Shown here: positions 50,777 to 61,637 of the stretch, one piece after another
Numbering within the stretch: position 1 is the stretch's first letter
Layout: each line of letters opens with the position of its first letter
Source of the DNA: Podarcis liolepis
Lineage: Eukaryota
Assembly (NCBI GenBank): GCA_965112155.1
Contig: OZ218105.1
DNA: 64,000 bases
Strand: one strand, 5' to 3'
Notes under the pieces: generated by a model
What the model was told of the DNA's origin: nothing
Seen by the model: only the letters and a program-made list of their open reading frames with translations
Databases searched by the model: none
Made by a program: the position numbers and the translations under genes

Positions 50777-51479
50777 TAAGTAAGTGGTTCCTCAGTTTGG
50801 AATGGCAAGTGGACATCAACTATTAGTACAAATTACAGTAGTGGTTTGTTTTGAAGTTGTCTTTGTAATGTGAAGTACAGCTATTGAAGCCACCAATTCA
50901 TCACATCCAAGCTCACAGCTGCCATAGGACGGTAATTATTTTCAGTCTCTTCTGACCTAAGTCCGATTTCAACTGATGATTGGAACATGAAAGGTTCCAT
51001 AAACCATTATCAACTGCCTAAGGCGTTCAGTTCCCCCACAGTTTCTTTATGTAATTTAGCTTTTTAAAGAATCCCATGAAAGTTGAGTGCTTCAGCATAA
51101 AAAAAGAAGATAACTTCCTCTCTGCTTGTGTGATTTCCTGCAATGGTAAGAACTAGGGGGAAAACCCTCCATAAAGCAAACATTTTATTTTCCTCGGCAA
51201 TTTGGGGTGGGGAAAAAACTCCAAGAGGGGTCAAATCAAGATAGTGCAAAGGAATAAGCCATACATAAGTGGAGATATGTTTTGAATTTTTAAAAACACC
51301 CTACCCCCATGTAGAGCTAGTGGAATCTTGTGATATGTGTCATTAAGATTGGATAAATGAAGAAGGGATCAATTTTGAACTCCCTGAACCTGGTTTTTTT
51401 TAAAAAAAATTAATGACACAATGCAAGACAATTCCATCATGAACCTGCTGCATCATGTATGGCTTGGCCCTGAGTAAGT

Positions 51480-51850
51480 AGTATCTAGCTCAGCATGCTG
51501 TTGCCGTCTTTTATTCGAAACAAAGAAATTAATAGATTTCAGGTGTTCATAAATGGCGGAACTTGTGGAAGGAATATGTGTGCACGATTTCAAGATATTT
51601 CCAAACATTGCCACTGAGGTGGAGGACATTGTGCAGATGGCCAGGCAAGTGGGTGGTGATGGCTTTGTTGATCTCATCCAGAAAGAAGTGGAAGAGTTAA
51701 TTGAGGGCCAACAGGTATTGACTTTTGAAGAGCTGGAGGGACTAGTCAGATCAAGCTCCTAATGTGAGGATAAGGATAGTGAGAATGAGCCAGCAAGCAG
51801 GAACCTGCATAATTTTTTTCCCAACTCTTCCAAGTCATAGAGACCAGTGA
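51480..51850 (+). mobile_element. Tigger/pogo transposase fossil (C-terminal part)
   Basis: WRNLWKEY followed by a frameshift into CVHDFKIFPNIATEVEDIVQMARQVGGDGFVDLIQKEVEELIEGQQVLTFEELEGL, resembling the post-DDE region of Tigger/TIGD1-like transposases. Confidence 0.7.
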
Positions 51851-52041
51851 CATCAGGGATGGAGCACAACTCATCACTACTCCTTCTCTGTCAAGGCACC
51901 AGCTTTTACTGCTCTCAACTCCCCATAAATAGGTGAAGCATCACTTCCATATTTTGTGTCTTTCTAATTAGGAGTCCAAAGGCGCTCTCTTCCAGACACT
52001 GTGCAAATATGCCCTATATCTCTAAAAGAAAAACAGCCCAG

Positions 52042-52220
52042 AAACCTATGAAGGTGCCTCACACTGAGCCAGACAACTGGTCCATCCAGTATCATCTATA
52101 CTGACTGTGAACACAGTTTTCCAAGGCTTCAAACAGGAGCCTTTCCCAGCAATACCTGGATAAACATAGATATGGCATATGTAATCTTCTGAATGTAAAG
52201 TATACACTCCACTCTACTCT
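52042..52220 (-). mobile_element. Squam3-like SINE, degenerate
   Basis: gaaggtgcctcacactgagccagacaactggtccatccag...tatactgactg...tccaaggcttcaaacagg is a reverse-complement homologue of 11450-11570. Confidence 0.5.
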
Positions 52221-53299
52221 TGGTCAACAGCTCTCATAAATATGATACTGCCTGTAGTAAAACAGAAGATAATAATTCCTTTACTTTCTACTGAACCCAT
52301 TTGATATCTGGTCATTTGCACTGGTGGTCAGGAAAAAGTTGGGATCTAGAAGTTGAAAGAAAAAAAATTGTCTAACTGATACAAACTATTTGATGGACAG
52401 TTGCTGAGAACCCTTCACTCAGCATGTATTTGTATTTCGGTATTATGTTTATATATAAATTTGCTATCACAAAATACATTTACACATTCCCCATGCTGAA
52501 TGCTACTTGTTATACTTTGTCTTCCACCCAAAATGTAAAAGCAGCAGAGATTAAAACTGCTGATAGTGCTCAGTTGAATAGACCAAACACAGGAACAGAT
52601 TTCTGCACCCTGGACAAGTTGTGCTAAAATTAATCTACTGCTATCTTTCTATTTGAAGACAAATTTGGGGTGTTCCAATAGAGGTGTCCTCTAATGTACA
52701 AGAACTAGAGAAGATTGTGTTCCAAATCCACTTTGCCCCTGAAGCCCTCTGTTCCACTTTATTGCTGTTATGGTTGGTCTCTCTGAGCCAGGATTTTCCA
52801 GGACACATGGGCTACAGTGGGAACAAAGAATTGGAGAAAACCAACCATTCTCCTGTTAGGAAGCTTTAGGCAAAGTTTGGGGTTACAGAAACTTGTGAAC
52901 CAATTTTTCTGATTGGTACTCATATGTAAAATATACATCTTTATGCAACATGTTTGGCATGATATTAGATTTATGATGTTTCACTAGAAACATGCTATTA
53001 TTTATTAAATGTGTACCTCACCATATAGCCCTGCCATAACTCCCAGATTGTTAAACATGTAAGATAGAGAGCTCATGAACCTGTAACTCTGTTTTGCACC
53101 AAGTATGTCATGGTGTTTTGTTTTGTTTTTGTTTTTTTAAAAGTGGAAGGGTGAAATTCATTGTTGACGTTCTACTTACGAAATTGCTATCTTTGGGGGG
53201 GGACTACTCTACAGCTGAAAGCAAACAGACAAGTAGTAAGCGTGGAGAACCTATATATGTGAGTGAGGGGCTCTATTGGTTCTGAAACCCTTCTTGATA

Positions 53300-53716
53300 G
53301 TACATTTCCGAGCACAATTCAAAGTGTTGGTGCTGACATTTAAAGCCCTAAACAGCCTCGGCCAGTATACCTGAAGGAGTGTCTCCACCCGCATCATCCA
53401 ACCCAGACACTGAGGTCCAGTGCTGAGGACCTTCTAGCGGTTCCCTCACTGCGAGAAGCGAAATTACAGGGAACCAGGCAGAAGGCCTTCTCGGTAGTGG
53501 CGCCTGCCCTGTGGAACGCCCTTCCATCAGATGTCAAAGAAATAAACAACTATATGACATTTAGAAGACATCTGAAGGCAGCCCTGTTTAGGGAAGTTTT
53601 TAATGACTGATGTTTTAATATATTTTTAACCTTCTGTTGGAAGCCGCCCAGAGTGGCTGGGGAAACCCAGCCAGATGGGCAGGGTAGAAAGAATAAATTA
53701 TTATTATATTATTATT
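53300..53716 (+). mobile_element. L2-clade LINE 3' end (ORF2 C-terminus, 3' UTR and ATT tail)
   Basis: Encodes FRAQFKVLVLTFKALN...RQKAFSVVAPALWNALPSDVK...TFRRHLKAALFREVF. The 3' UTR gaagccgcccagagtggctggggaaacccagccagatggg is followed by aataaattattatt. Confidence 0.88.
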
Positions 53717-55646
53717 TATATCAGGTCCATAAATAAAACTCCATGGGATTTTAATGAACCCACAGTGGTTGCTTCATATAATATTGCCCCCAAAAGGAAC
53801 GATGGTGATCAAAGTGTGGAGGGTAAACTTTGCACTTCGGGCCACATCATGTTTACTTTTGCAGTGACACTGAACACGCATCATTTGTTGGCATATGGAC
53901 ATAAAGCCTAACTTTGGGGATCAATCTGGATAGCAAACAAAACAACTATTTTCCATTAATGAATAGGGAACTCTCATTTCTCAGCACCAAGAATGCAATG
54001 AAAAATTGCTACGTCTGACAGAACTTCCAGAGGGACCTCTTCACAACTTAAGGCAGTATAGGATTGTGTGACACATAATTTGTTATTTAATTATTTAATG
54101 TAATATGATGCAAAATGGCCTTCAGGGGTTATTTACAGCTATAAAAGAAAGTAATACAGTAAAGTTCAACAGCAATGGAATGACAGAAAAACTGCTATTC
54201 CCAAGGGCCTTAGTAACATTCCACAGCTGTTGCTATTGATGTGTATGTGTGTGTAAACGAGCATTCTGTGCTCCTGTTTTGGCACATCTTTAGCACACAC
54301 CAAACATTCAGTAACACAAAACTGATCATTTTGCATGGGGTTATCTCCATCTTTCTGCTAGCTGCACTCTTCTATGTCTCTGGTGTATCAGTGTGGGGTC
54401 ACTAGGTGGTTTGTGAGGACAGGGTGCACTGAATACTCCCCTGTCCAATGCAGACTATGCCCTTAGCCTGTCAATGCAATATGCCAAGACACGTAATGCT
54501 ACATTAAGAAAATGTACTCTTGTATAAATTACATTGCAAAAAGTGTAAATTAATCTGAATCATTTGGCACCTTCATTTTCTTTATTATATCAGTTGCTGC
54601 ACTGCAAAGTGGGTCTCCCCATTTCCTGTAAAATTTGATTTCCAGCTGGTTTCCTTCCATCAGCAGATGTTTTTGCATTCTTTTGTAAACTAAGAAGGAA
54701 GAAAATAAGGGCTAGTGTTCCAGATAAACCCCCTGGCATGCATTTTAATTACTAGAGCCTTATTAGTTGGGAATCTTAAGATTTTATCCCAGCTCCAACT
54801 TTCTGTGAAGTGCTTCTCTTCAAGTCTCCTTTAATGGGATTTTTATTCAAGGTCATATATTCCTTTTTGGGCATTTGGAGATTTGACAACAGAAGAAGAG
54901 AGCTATAAAAGTGAGGATGTAATATATCACAGGTTCAAGTGTGGACAATTTGTCCACTACTCCAGTGCCTGTTGGTGGGAGGAATACACCAAAATTTCTT
55001 CAAAGTCCTATGACTCAATTTAATAAAGCATCCACAAAACCTGCACCGAACCACCACCACCTCCTACCTCGCCCTGGGAAATGAGTGGTGCAAGTTCATA
55101 AGTATCTCTAGATCAGGCAAAAAGTTGAAAGGCTCTGCTTGCTAAAGAGTAGGTGGTTGTTTTCCTGCGGTTTGGGTTAGGCTTCTGCACTGCAAAGTCT
55201 CTAAACTGGAAGGCGAATCTGGCAATATGCTAATCTGACAATAAAAAGTGACTTCTGAACCTTTTCTCTGCTGAGGAGCTGACAGTGAAGTACAGAGACA
55301 GTTGTCTAACCAGACAAAATGACAGAGAAAATATGCTTCCAAACAAGAGCATAAATTGTAGGTGGTGCAGATGAATAAAAGAAAAAGCAACAGCTATAGT
55401 ACTAATATTATGCACTAGCCTCACTTTACCTCTGCTTCTTCATCTCTCTCCTTCACATATGCATGAATGGAGGGTGTACCCTGTCAAACTAATAACAGAG
55501 GGTTGGGGGGGTGACAATATCTCTTGTACTGAGACCAGACATTTCCATCACATGGGGCAGCTAGGGAGGGGAGGGGAGGCAGAAAACAAATATAGTGCAG
55601 TATGAATCCAACACCATTCTGTGCAGACACAAAAGTTTGCATATTG

Positions 55647-56377
55647 NNNNNNNNNNNNNNNNNNNNNNNNNNNNNNNNNNNNNNNNNNNNNNNNNNNNNN
55701 NNNNNNNNNNNNNNNNNNNNNNNNNNNNNNNNNNNNNNNNNNNNNNNNNNNNNNNNNNNNNNNNNNNNNNNNNNNNNNNNNNNNNNNNNNNNNNNNNNNN
55801 NNNNNNNNNNNNNNNNNNNNNNNNNNNNNNNNNNNNNNNNNNNNNNNNNNNNNNNNNNNNNNNNNNNNNNNNNNNNNNNNNNNNNNNNNNNNNNNNNNNN
55901 NNNNNNNNNNNNNNNNNNNNNNNNNNNNNNNNNNNNNNNNNNNNNNNNNNNNNNNNNNNNNNNNNNNNNNNNNNNNNNNNNNNNNNNNNNNNNNNNNNNN
56001 NNNNNNNNNNNNNNNNNNNNNNNNNNNNNNNNNNNNNNNNNNNNNNNNNNNNNNNNNNNNNNNNNNNNNNNNNNNNNNNNNNNNNNNNNNNNNNNNNNNN
56101 NNNNNNNNNNNNNNNNNNNNNNNNNNNNNNNNNNNNNNNNNNNNNNNNNNNNNNNNNNNNNNNNNNNNNNNNNNNNNNNNNNNNNNNNNNNNNNNNNNNN
56201 NNNNNNNNNNNNNNNNNNNNNNNNNNNNNNNNNNNNNNNNNNNNNNNNNNNNNNNNNNNNNNNNNNNNNNNNNNNNNNNNNNNNNNNNNNNNNNNNNNNN
56301 NNNNNNNNNNNNNNNNNNNNNNNNNNNNNNNNNNNNNNNNNNNNNNNNNNNNNNNNNNNNNNNNNNNNNNNNNNNNN
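55647..56377. other. Assembly gap (731 N), probably covering the KLHL14 core promoter and TSS
   Basis: N run just upstream of the putative exon 1 donor. Confidence 0.95.
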
Positions 56378-56515
56378 CAGAAGGTTTTTTTGTTTTGTTT
56401 TTTTGTTTTTGTTTTTGGAAGGAGCGATCAAACCTTTAAAAAGGAAGGACAATTGATTTTTTTTTAGGGGGGGAGCTTAAGTGAACCTTTACTTTGGCAG
56501 CTGGTTGTGGAGCAG
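56378..56515 (+). other. KLHL14: 3' part of probable non-coding exon 1 of KLHL14; its start is probably hidden in the N gap
   Basis: A perfect donor CAG|GTAAGT at 56515/56516 sits at the 5' edge of the CpG island and gives a 1694-nt intron to the acceptor at 58209. The left coordinate is only the gap edge. Confidence 0.6.
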
Positions 56516-56964
56516 GTAAGTTTCTGGCCTTCGGTCTATCCGTCTTGAGTATTTTCTCTCTCTCTCTCGTGGCTTGTTTATTGTCGTGAAAACGGGGCGT
56601 GTGTGTGTGTGTGCGTGTGGTTTCCGTGGGCTTAGAAGTATGTGGCGATCGGGGGGGGGCACTTGTGTTACACGCACGTCTTTGGAGAATAAACTCCGAT
56701 TGCAAGAAATGGTCAAAGGAGGAAGAAAGAAGGGGAGGGCGGATGAGAGGTGTGTGTGAGGGGGGGGAGGAATGACCGGGTCCACTTAAAGGGAGAGGCT
56801 CTTGGAGATTTCTGAAACCCCGACTGTTGGGAGGCAAGGGAAGTGACCGGGGAAGGGGACCTCCCTGCCACCTGGCCACAGGCGAAGACTGCAAGCGCTG
56901 CCCACCAGAAGGGGAAGCTACAATGGAAGTAGCAGCCCTCGCCGGGATCCCGCAGAGAAGCCGT

Positions 56965-56988
56965 GGCGGCGGCGGCGGCGGCGGCGGC
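56965..56988. repeat. (GGC)8 in the KLHL14 CpG island
   Basis: Seen directly in sequence. Confidence 0.95.
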
Positions 56989-58209
56989 GCTGGCTGTTGC
57001 CGCGGAGGGCTCGGCTCTGCCGGAGGCGGGCGACGGCCAGCGCGGGTCTCTTTCCCCTCAGCGCCAGCAGGTGCAACTCCCAGGTTAAGGCTCGGTGTAT
57101 TGATTCCCCTCAGCCGCCGCCGCCGCCACCGCCGCCCTCAGAGTCCAGGCGACTTTGGCTTGGGGAGCTCCGGCTCCTGGCGGCGCAGGGGCACTTTTCC
57201 CCGCCCGCTCGCCTCTTCCTTCTTCCCTCATGCCCCCCAATCTCTCTCTCTCTCCCCCCCTTCACATCCACCCACCTCCCCACTCGAACTTCCCAGAGTT
57301 GCCGGAGTTAAAGCGGCGCCGCCTTCCGCCCACAGGAAAAGCAACCCGCGCAGAATGAACGCCAGACCGCGGGGGGACTCGGCTCGGCCTGCCTCTCTCC
57401 CCGCTTTGCCCAGTGCAGTGCAGCACGCGCAGCGAGAGGCGGCCGGAGTTGGGTGCACACCGCTGCCCCCTCTCCTCTCCTCCTCTCCCACAGACGAGGA
57501 CATTCCTTCCTCTCCCCCCCCCCTCGCGGTGCTGCTTCAAGGCGAAGCGTCTGGCGGTTCTGCAGACGCCGTCCCTCGCGAAGGCGGGAAAGGCGCAGTT
57601 TGGGGAAGGGGAGGGGCATCCGACAGGGGCATCTTCAGGCAGGCTGTCTGAAATAGCGGCCTGGCCGCCCTTGACTTTGGCAAGGGCTGCGTGGTTTTTC
57701 CACCCGCCCTCTCTTTCGTCTCGATAGTTTCTCTGAGAGTTTCCGCCGCTTGCCGTACAAGCCCAAACTCTACCCCACCTTCCTTTCCCGCCTCCTGCGA
57801 AGGGAGCAGCAGCGGCAGCAGCAGTGTGGCGCGCAAGTGGCGCGCGCGCCTCCTCCGCTCCTCCCGGGTTGAAAGAAAGTAGTTGCCCACGAGCCGTGTC
57901 CCACCCCCACCCCCACCCCCCGCCATTTCGGGAGGGAAGCAGCAGCAGCAGCGCTTGCTGGAGATGAAAGCCCCAGCCCCATGGCGGGGGGAGGGCAGCA
58001 CACCGAGAGTTTTAAGCAGCCCCAAGCCCGCCGTGGCGGCGGCGGCGGGGGCGGCTGAGCAGGACGCGTCTCGGTGCTTGCGATAAGGATGGACACGCCA
58101 GGCCTGTGAAAGCTCCGCGTTTGTTCTTGTGTGGCCCCCTCCAGCCCCAGCCTCTCAACCACTCGTTTCCTCCCCCCACCCCACCCCGCCTTGCCCCCTC
58201 TTTGCCCAG

Positions 58210-58252
58210 GTCGGAGGAGGCTTTCCAGTCAGGTGCGCTGAGGTTGCCCGCC
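58210..58252 (+). other. KLHL14: 5' UTR part of the KLHL14 first coding exon
   Basis: A C-rich pyrimidine tract ends ccccctctttgcccag| with AG at 58208-58209, 43 nt upstream of the ATG. Confidence 0.8.
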
Positions 58253-59226
58253 ATGTCCAGGTCCGGGGACCGAACGTCTACCTTCGACCCGAGCCATAGC
58301 GACAACCTGCTCCACGGCCTCAACCTGCTGTGGAGGAAGCAGCTCTTCTGCGACGTGANNNNNNNNNNNNNNNNNNNNNNNNNNNNNNNNNNNNNNNNNN
58401 NNNNNNNNNNNNNNNNNNNNNNNNNNNNNNNNNNNNNNNNNNNNNNNNNNNNNNNNNNNNNNNNNNNNNNNNNNNNNNNNNNNNNNNNNNNNNNNNNCCA
58501 CCACCACCACCCGCTGGGCGTCGGACCAGGTGCTCAGGACGGCCTACCCTCCAAAGAGCAGCAGCAGCAGCAGCAGCAGCAGGAAGAGTCCGGCACGCCC
58601 TCCTCGTCCCCGGAGGACAAGCTGCTGGCCAGCCCGCGGGCCATCAACAACCTGGTGCTGCAGGGCTGCTCGTCGATCGGACTGCGCCTGGTGCTCGAGT
58701 ACCTGTACACGGCCAACGTGACCCTGTCCCTGGACACGGTGGAGGAGGTGCTGTCGGTCAGCAAGATCCTGCACATCCCGCAGGTCACCAAGCTGTGCGT
58801 GCAGTTCCTCAACGACCAGATCTCGGTGCAGAACTACAAGCAGGTGTGCAAGATCGCCGCCTTGCNNNNNNNNNNNNNNNNNNNNNNNNNNNNNNNNNNN
58901 NNNNNNNNNNNNNNNNNNNNNNNNNNNNNNNNNNNNNNNNNNNNNNNNNNNNNNNNNNNNNNNNNNNNNNNNNNNNNNNNNNNNNNNNNNNNNNNNNNNN
59001 NNNNNNNNNNNNNNNNNNNNNNNNNNNNNNNNNNNNNCATGCAGTACGCGCCGGACCTCATGAAGCGCCTGCGCTTCGCGCTCATCCCGGCCCCGGAGCT
59101 CGTCGAGCGGGTCCAGTCGGTGGATTTCATGCGGACCGACCCCGTCTGCCAGAAGCTGCTTCTGGACGCCATGAACTACCACCTGATGCCCTTCAGGCAG
59201 CACTGCAGGCAGAGCCTGGCCAGCAG
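58253..59226 (+). CDS. KLHL14: Kelch-like protein 14, first coding exon (BTB/POZ and BACK domains); gene continues beyond the window
   Basis: The translation MSRSGDRTSTFDPSHSDNLLHGLNLLWRKQLFCDV...PRAINNLVLQGCSSIGLRLVLEYLYTANVTLSLDTVEEVLSVSKILHIPQVTKLCVQFLNDQISVQNYKQVCKIAAL...MQYAPDLMKRLRFALIPAPELVERVQSVDFMRTDPVCQKLLLDAMNYHLMPFRQHCRQSLAS matches vertebrate KLHL14 as I recall it. Kozak context is cccgccATG. The donor AG|gtaagt lies at 59226/59227 (974 nt, phase 2). Two internal N gaps keep the frame. Confidence 0.97.
58559..58582 (+). repeat. Pure (CAG)8 encoding polyQ in KLHL14
   Basis: Seen directly, in frame. Confidence 0.95.
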
Positions 59227-61415
59227 GTAAGTAAGAGAAGGCGAAGCGGGCGGGCGGGGGTCCAACTCAGATAAAGCCTCATACTTTGCATTGGGTTAGC
59301 TGCGTGTGTACATGAAACTTGAGGTTCAAAAGTTGACTTCAGCACTACAGAGCTGTGAGCAAAACAGGGACAGCGCCTGGCTGAGGCGGTGGCTTGAACA
59401 CACCCTCCCATAGGCACTGGATGAAAATAGAGAGGAAATATATATTGGGGGGGGGACACTATAGCAACAGCCACAGGGATATCATGGCTCAAAAAGGAGC
59501 CATGGCTTAGATATTTAGGGCCCTTTAAAGATGCTGCAGCTGTTTTGGATAGTCACTTCCTACTGCATCAATAACACGTGCAGAAAGTTTGCAGACAACT
59601 GAAGCTGAACCCTTATGTGGAAGGAAGTTACATGGGGCCTTATTACTCAGTAGACCTATATAGGATTGTGCTGTAGATTTCTGCTTGTGCTCTTGTGGGT
59701 GAGCTTGTGATAAAGGATACAGGTCAGTCCCACTTGGATGAAAGTTTGGGCTGTAGGGAAAGTTCAAGCAAATAGCTTGCCCTGTTGGAGACCTGTCAAA
59801 ATGTATGAGGAATTGCACCCACACTTTTCTGGAAGATGCTTTGTTGATACAGCCCATGGTGAGGTGTTTTGAAGAATGCAAAGTACTTTTAAAATTTATT
59901 TAAATTTGTTTGATTTAGGGGAGGGGAGGACAAAAGGAGAACACAGTTTTGAAAAAGGAAAGGAAAACTTCAGTAACAGGTTGTGATGTTCTCCTTAAGT
60001 GTTAAGCCGCCCAGTCACTGAACTACAGTCCTTGTTAGAGGTGCAGTGCACAGCAAGCAAGACTGGTGTCAAGGGAAAGTGGAATGTGCTGGATAATTTA
60101 AGAGATGTCTCTTAAAATACAATATGGGGAGAAAATTGGATGGGCAAACAGCCATGGCTTAGTAGCATCAGTTTTAAATCCCATTATGATCTCCTTGGGC
60201 CCTTTCTACAGGGATGGTATCTTGCCAGCTCCTCATCTTTCTACTGTGGAAGTTACCACAATTCTTTCTGATATAATGCTCTGTTCCCATGATACTACAA
60301 TGCAATGTACAAGTTATATTTAACAGCAAAAAGTACAACTTAAAATGTGTTAATCATTAACATGCTTCACATTATTCCCAGTTTAATGTTTCACCTGTTT
60401 TATAAAACAATCCAAATACAGTGCAGATGTCTGGGTTTACATCTAGCTCTTAAAGTACTTTCTATGCTTACTTATAATACTGTCGTTGATAAAATGCAGG
60501 TGCGGTATTGCCCAGGAATAGTCATGATGTCATACTGTTTGTGTTTGTGACATCATATATATTTTCCTGTTAAATGAGTGAATGAACCATAATGTTGAAA
60601 ACAAAGGGCAAAATCCATAATAAAAATCTTTTAAATTGCTACTATGGGAAATGAAAGAGATGGGAAGTGTTTAATATTATATTTTTGTGTGTAGCTATGC
60701 CTCTTTTTGTTGTATGTATTATTATTAACACAGTATTAAACTGAAAGTCTGCACATGTCACAAAACTTTTATTTTGTCTTTTTAATATATGGTTAACAGT
60801 GAATTGTTATTAAAGTGGCATGATGGAAAAGAGCGTTGTGAGATCCATACTGTTTTGCATATTATGGTGTTTTATTTCCCTGTTCAGAACTTAACAAAAA
60901 CTCCATGTTTAACTTAAACATTTAACTTTAGCAGATGATAGCTGCAGAGCTTCTGGCTTTCTTTGTCTCTAGAGAGGCTTTGTAAAATATCTAGCTACAC
61001 TATAGTGTATCTTAGTATCAAGTATTAGGAAAAAATGTAACAGGAGCACTAAGAAATATAAAAGCACATTTGAGGCCTTAACAGTAACAAGTCTGGCAAC
61101 TGTCTCTAGGATAATATTTTGGCTTTCGAAATACAGACTACATTACCTACTTCAGCCTCAATTCTGCACACCACCTGGGACATGATGGGGTTTGTGTTGT
61201 GGTGGATTGCCGAGATACCAGGCTGTTTGGTTCAGTGCAGATACCTTCCAGCTTCACTGGTCCATATCATTTGAAGGATATGTAGTGGTGTTCTGACCAC
61301 TGAATGTTTACAGGTGTCAGGGATGCTGATACTTCTGCAGCTGGAAGCTATCTTTTTCCTTTAAGCAAAAAATGCACAGAACAGACATAGTCTGACCTTA
61401 TTCTGTAGTCATTAA

Positions 61416-61504
61416 GGCTGCAATCCTACACCTGCTTACCTGGGAGTAAACCCCACTGAACTAAATGGGACTTCCTACAGAGTAGATATGTATGGGCTTG
61501 CAGT
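61416..61504. mobile_element. Short palindromic MITE (ggctgcaatcct...ttacctgggagtaa family)
   Basis: ggctgcaatcctacac...gagtaaaccccactgaactaaatgggacttcc...gtatgggcttgcagt; decayed relatives near 1225-1285 and 59600-59673. Confidence 0.55.
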
Positions 61505-61517
61505 GTTATGGAACTAT

Positions 61518-61637
61518 GGGTTGAATCCATCTATGCTATATTCAAAGTAGACCCATTAAAATTAATGGGCCTAAGTTAGTCAAGCCCATTAATTTCAATG
61601 GGTCAACACTGAATAGGACTAACATTGGATACAACCC
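61518..61637. mobile_element. Palindromic MITE with GGGTTG[A/T]ATCCA TIR
   Basis: gggttgaatcca...gacccattaaaattaatgggc...gcccattaatttcaatgggtc...tggatacaaccc; related copy near 25976-26065. Confidence 0.7.

Larger units (their letters stand above)
56530..59270. promoter_or_regulatory. CpG island over KLHL14 intron 1 and first coding exon
   Basis: Abrupt rise in GC and CpG density (GGC/CCG runs, cgcgcgcg) against a CpG-depleted background. Confidence 0.9.

Noticed and set aside
55484-56467. Long ORFs of 272-322 aa (also those near 6562-6963 and 16356-16631)
   Set aside because: Artefacts of translating through N runs.
56827-57651. 274-aa ORF and other overlapping ORFs in the CpG island
   Set aside because: Low-complexity G/P/R/A translation, a non-ATG start and the stop-codon scarcity expected in GC-rich DNA; no domain recognised.
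58106-58252. 49-aa N-terminal extension of KLHL14 in the ORF track
   Set aside because: It starts at a GTG within intron 1 and crosses the acceptor at 58209. The conserved start is the Kozak ATG at 58253.
58330-59274. Alternative-frame and antisense ORFs over the KLHL14 exon
   Set aside because: Shadow ORFs caused by high GC3 codon bias and N gaps.
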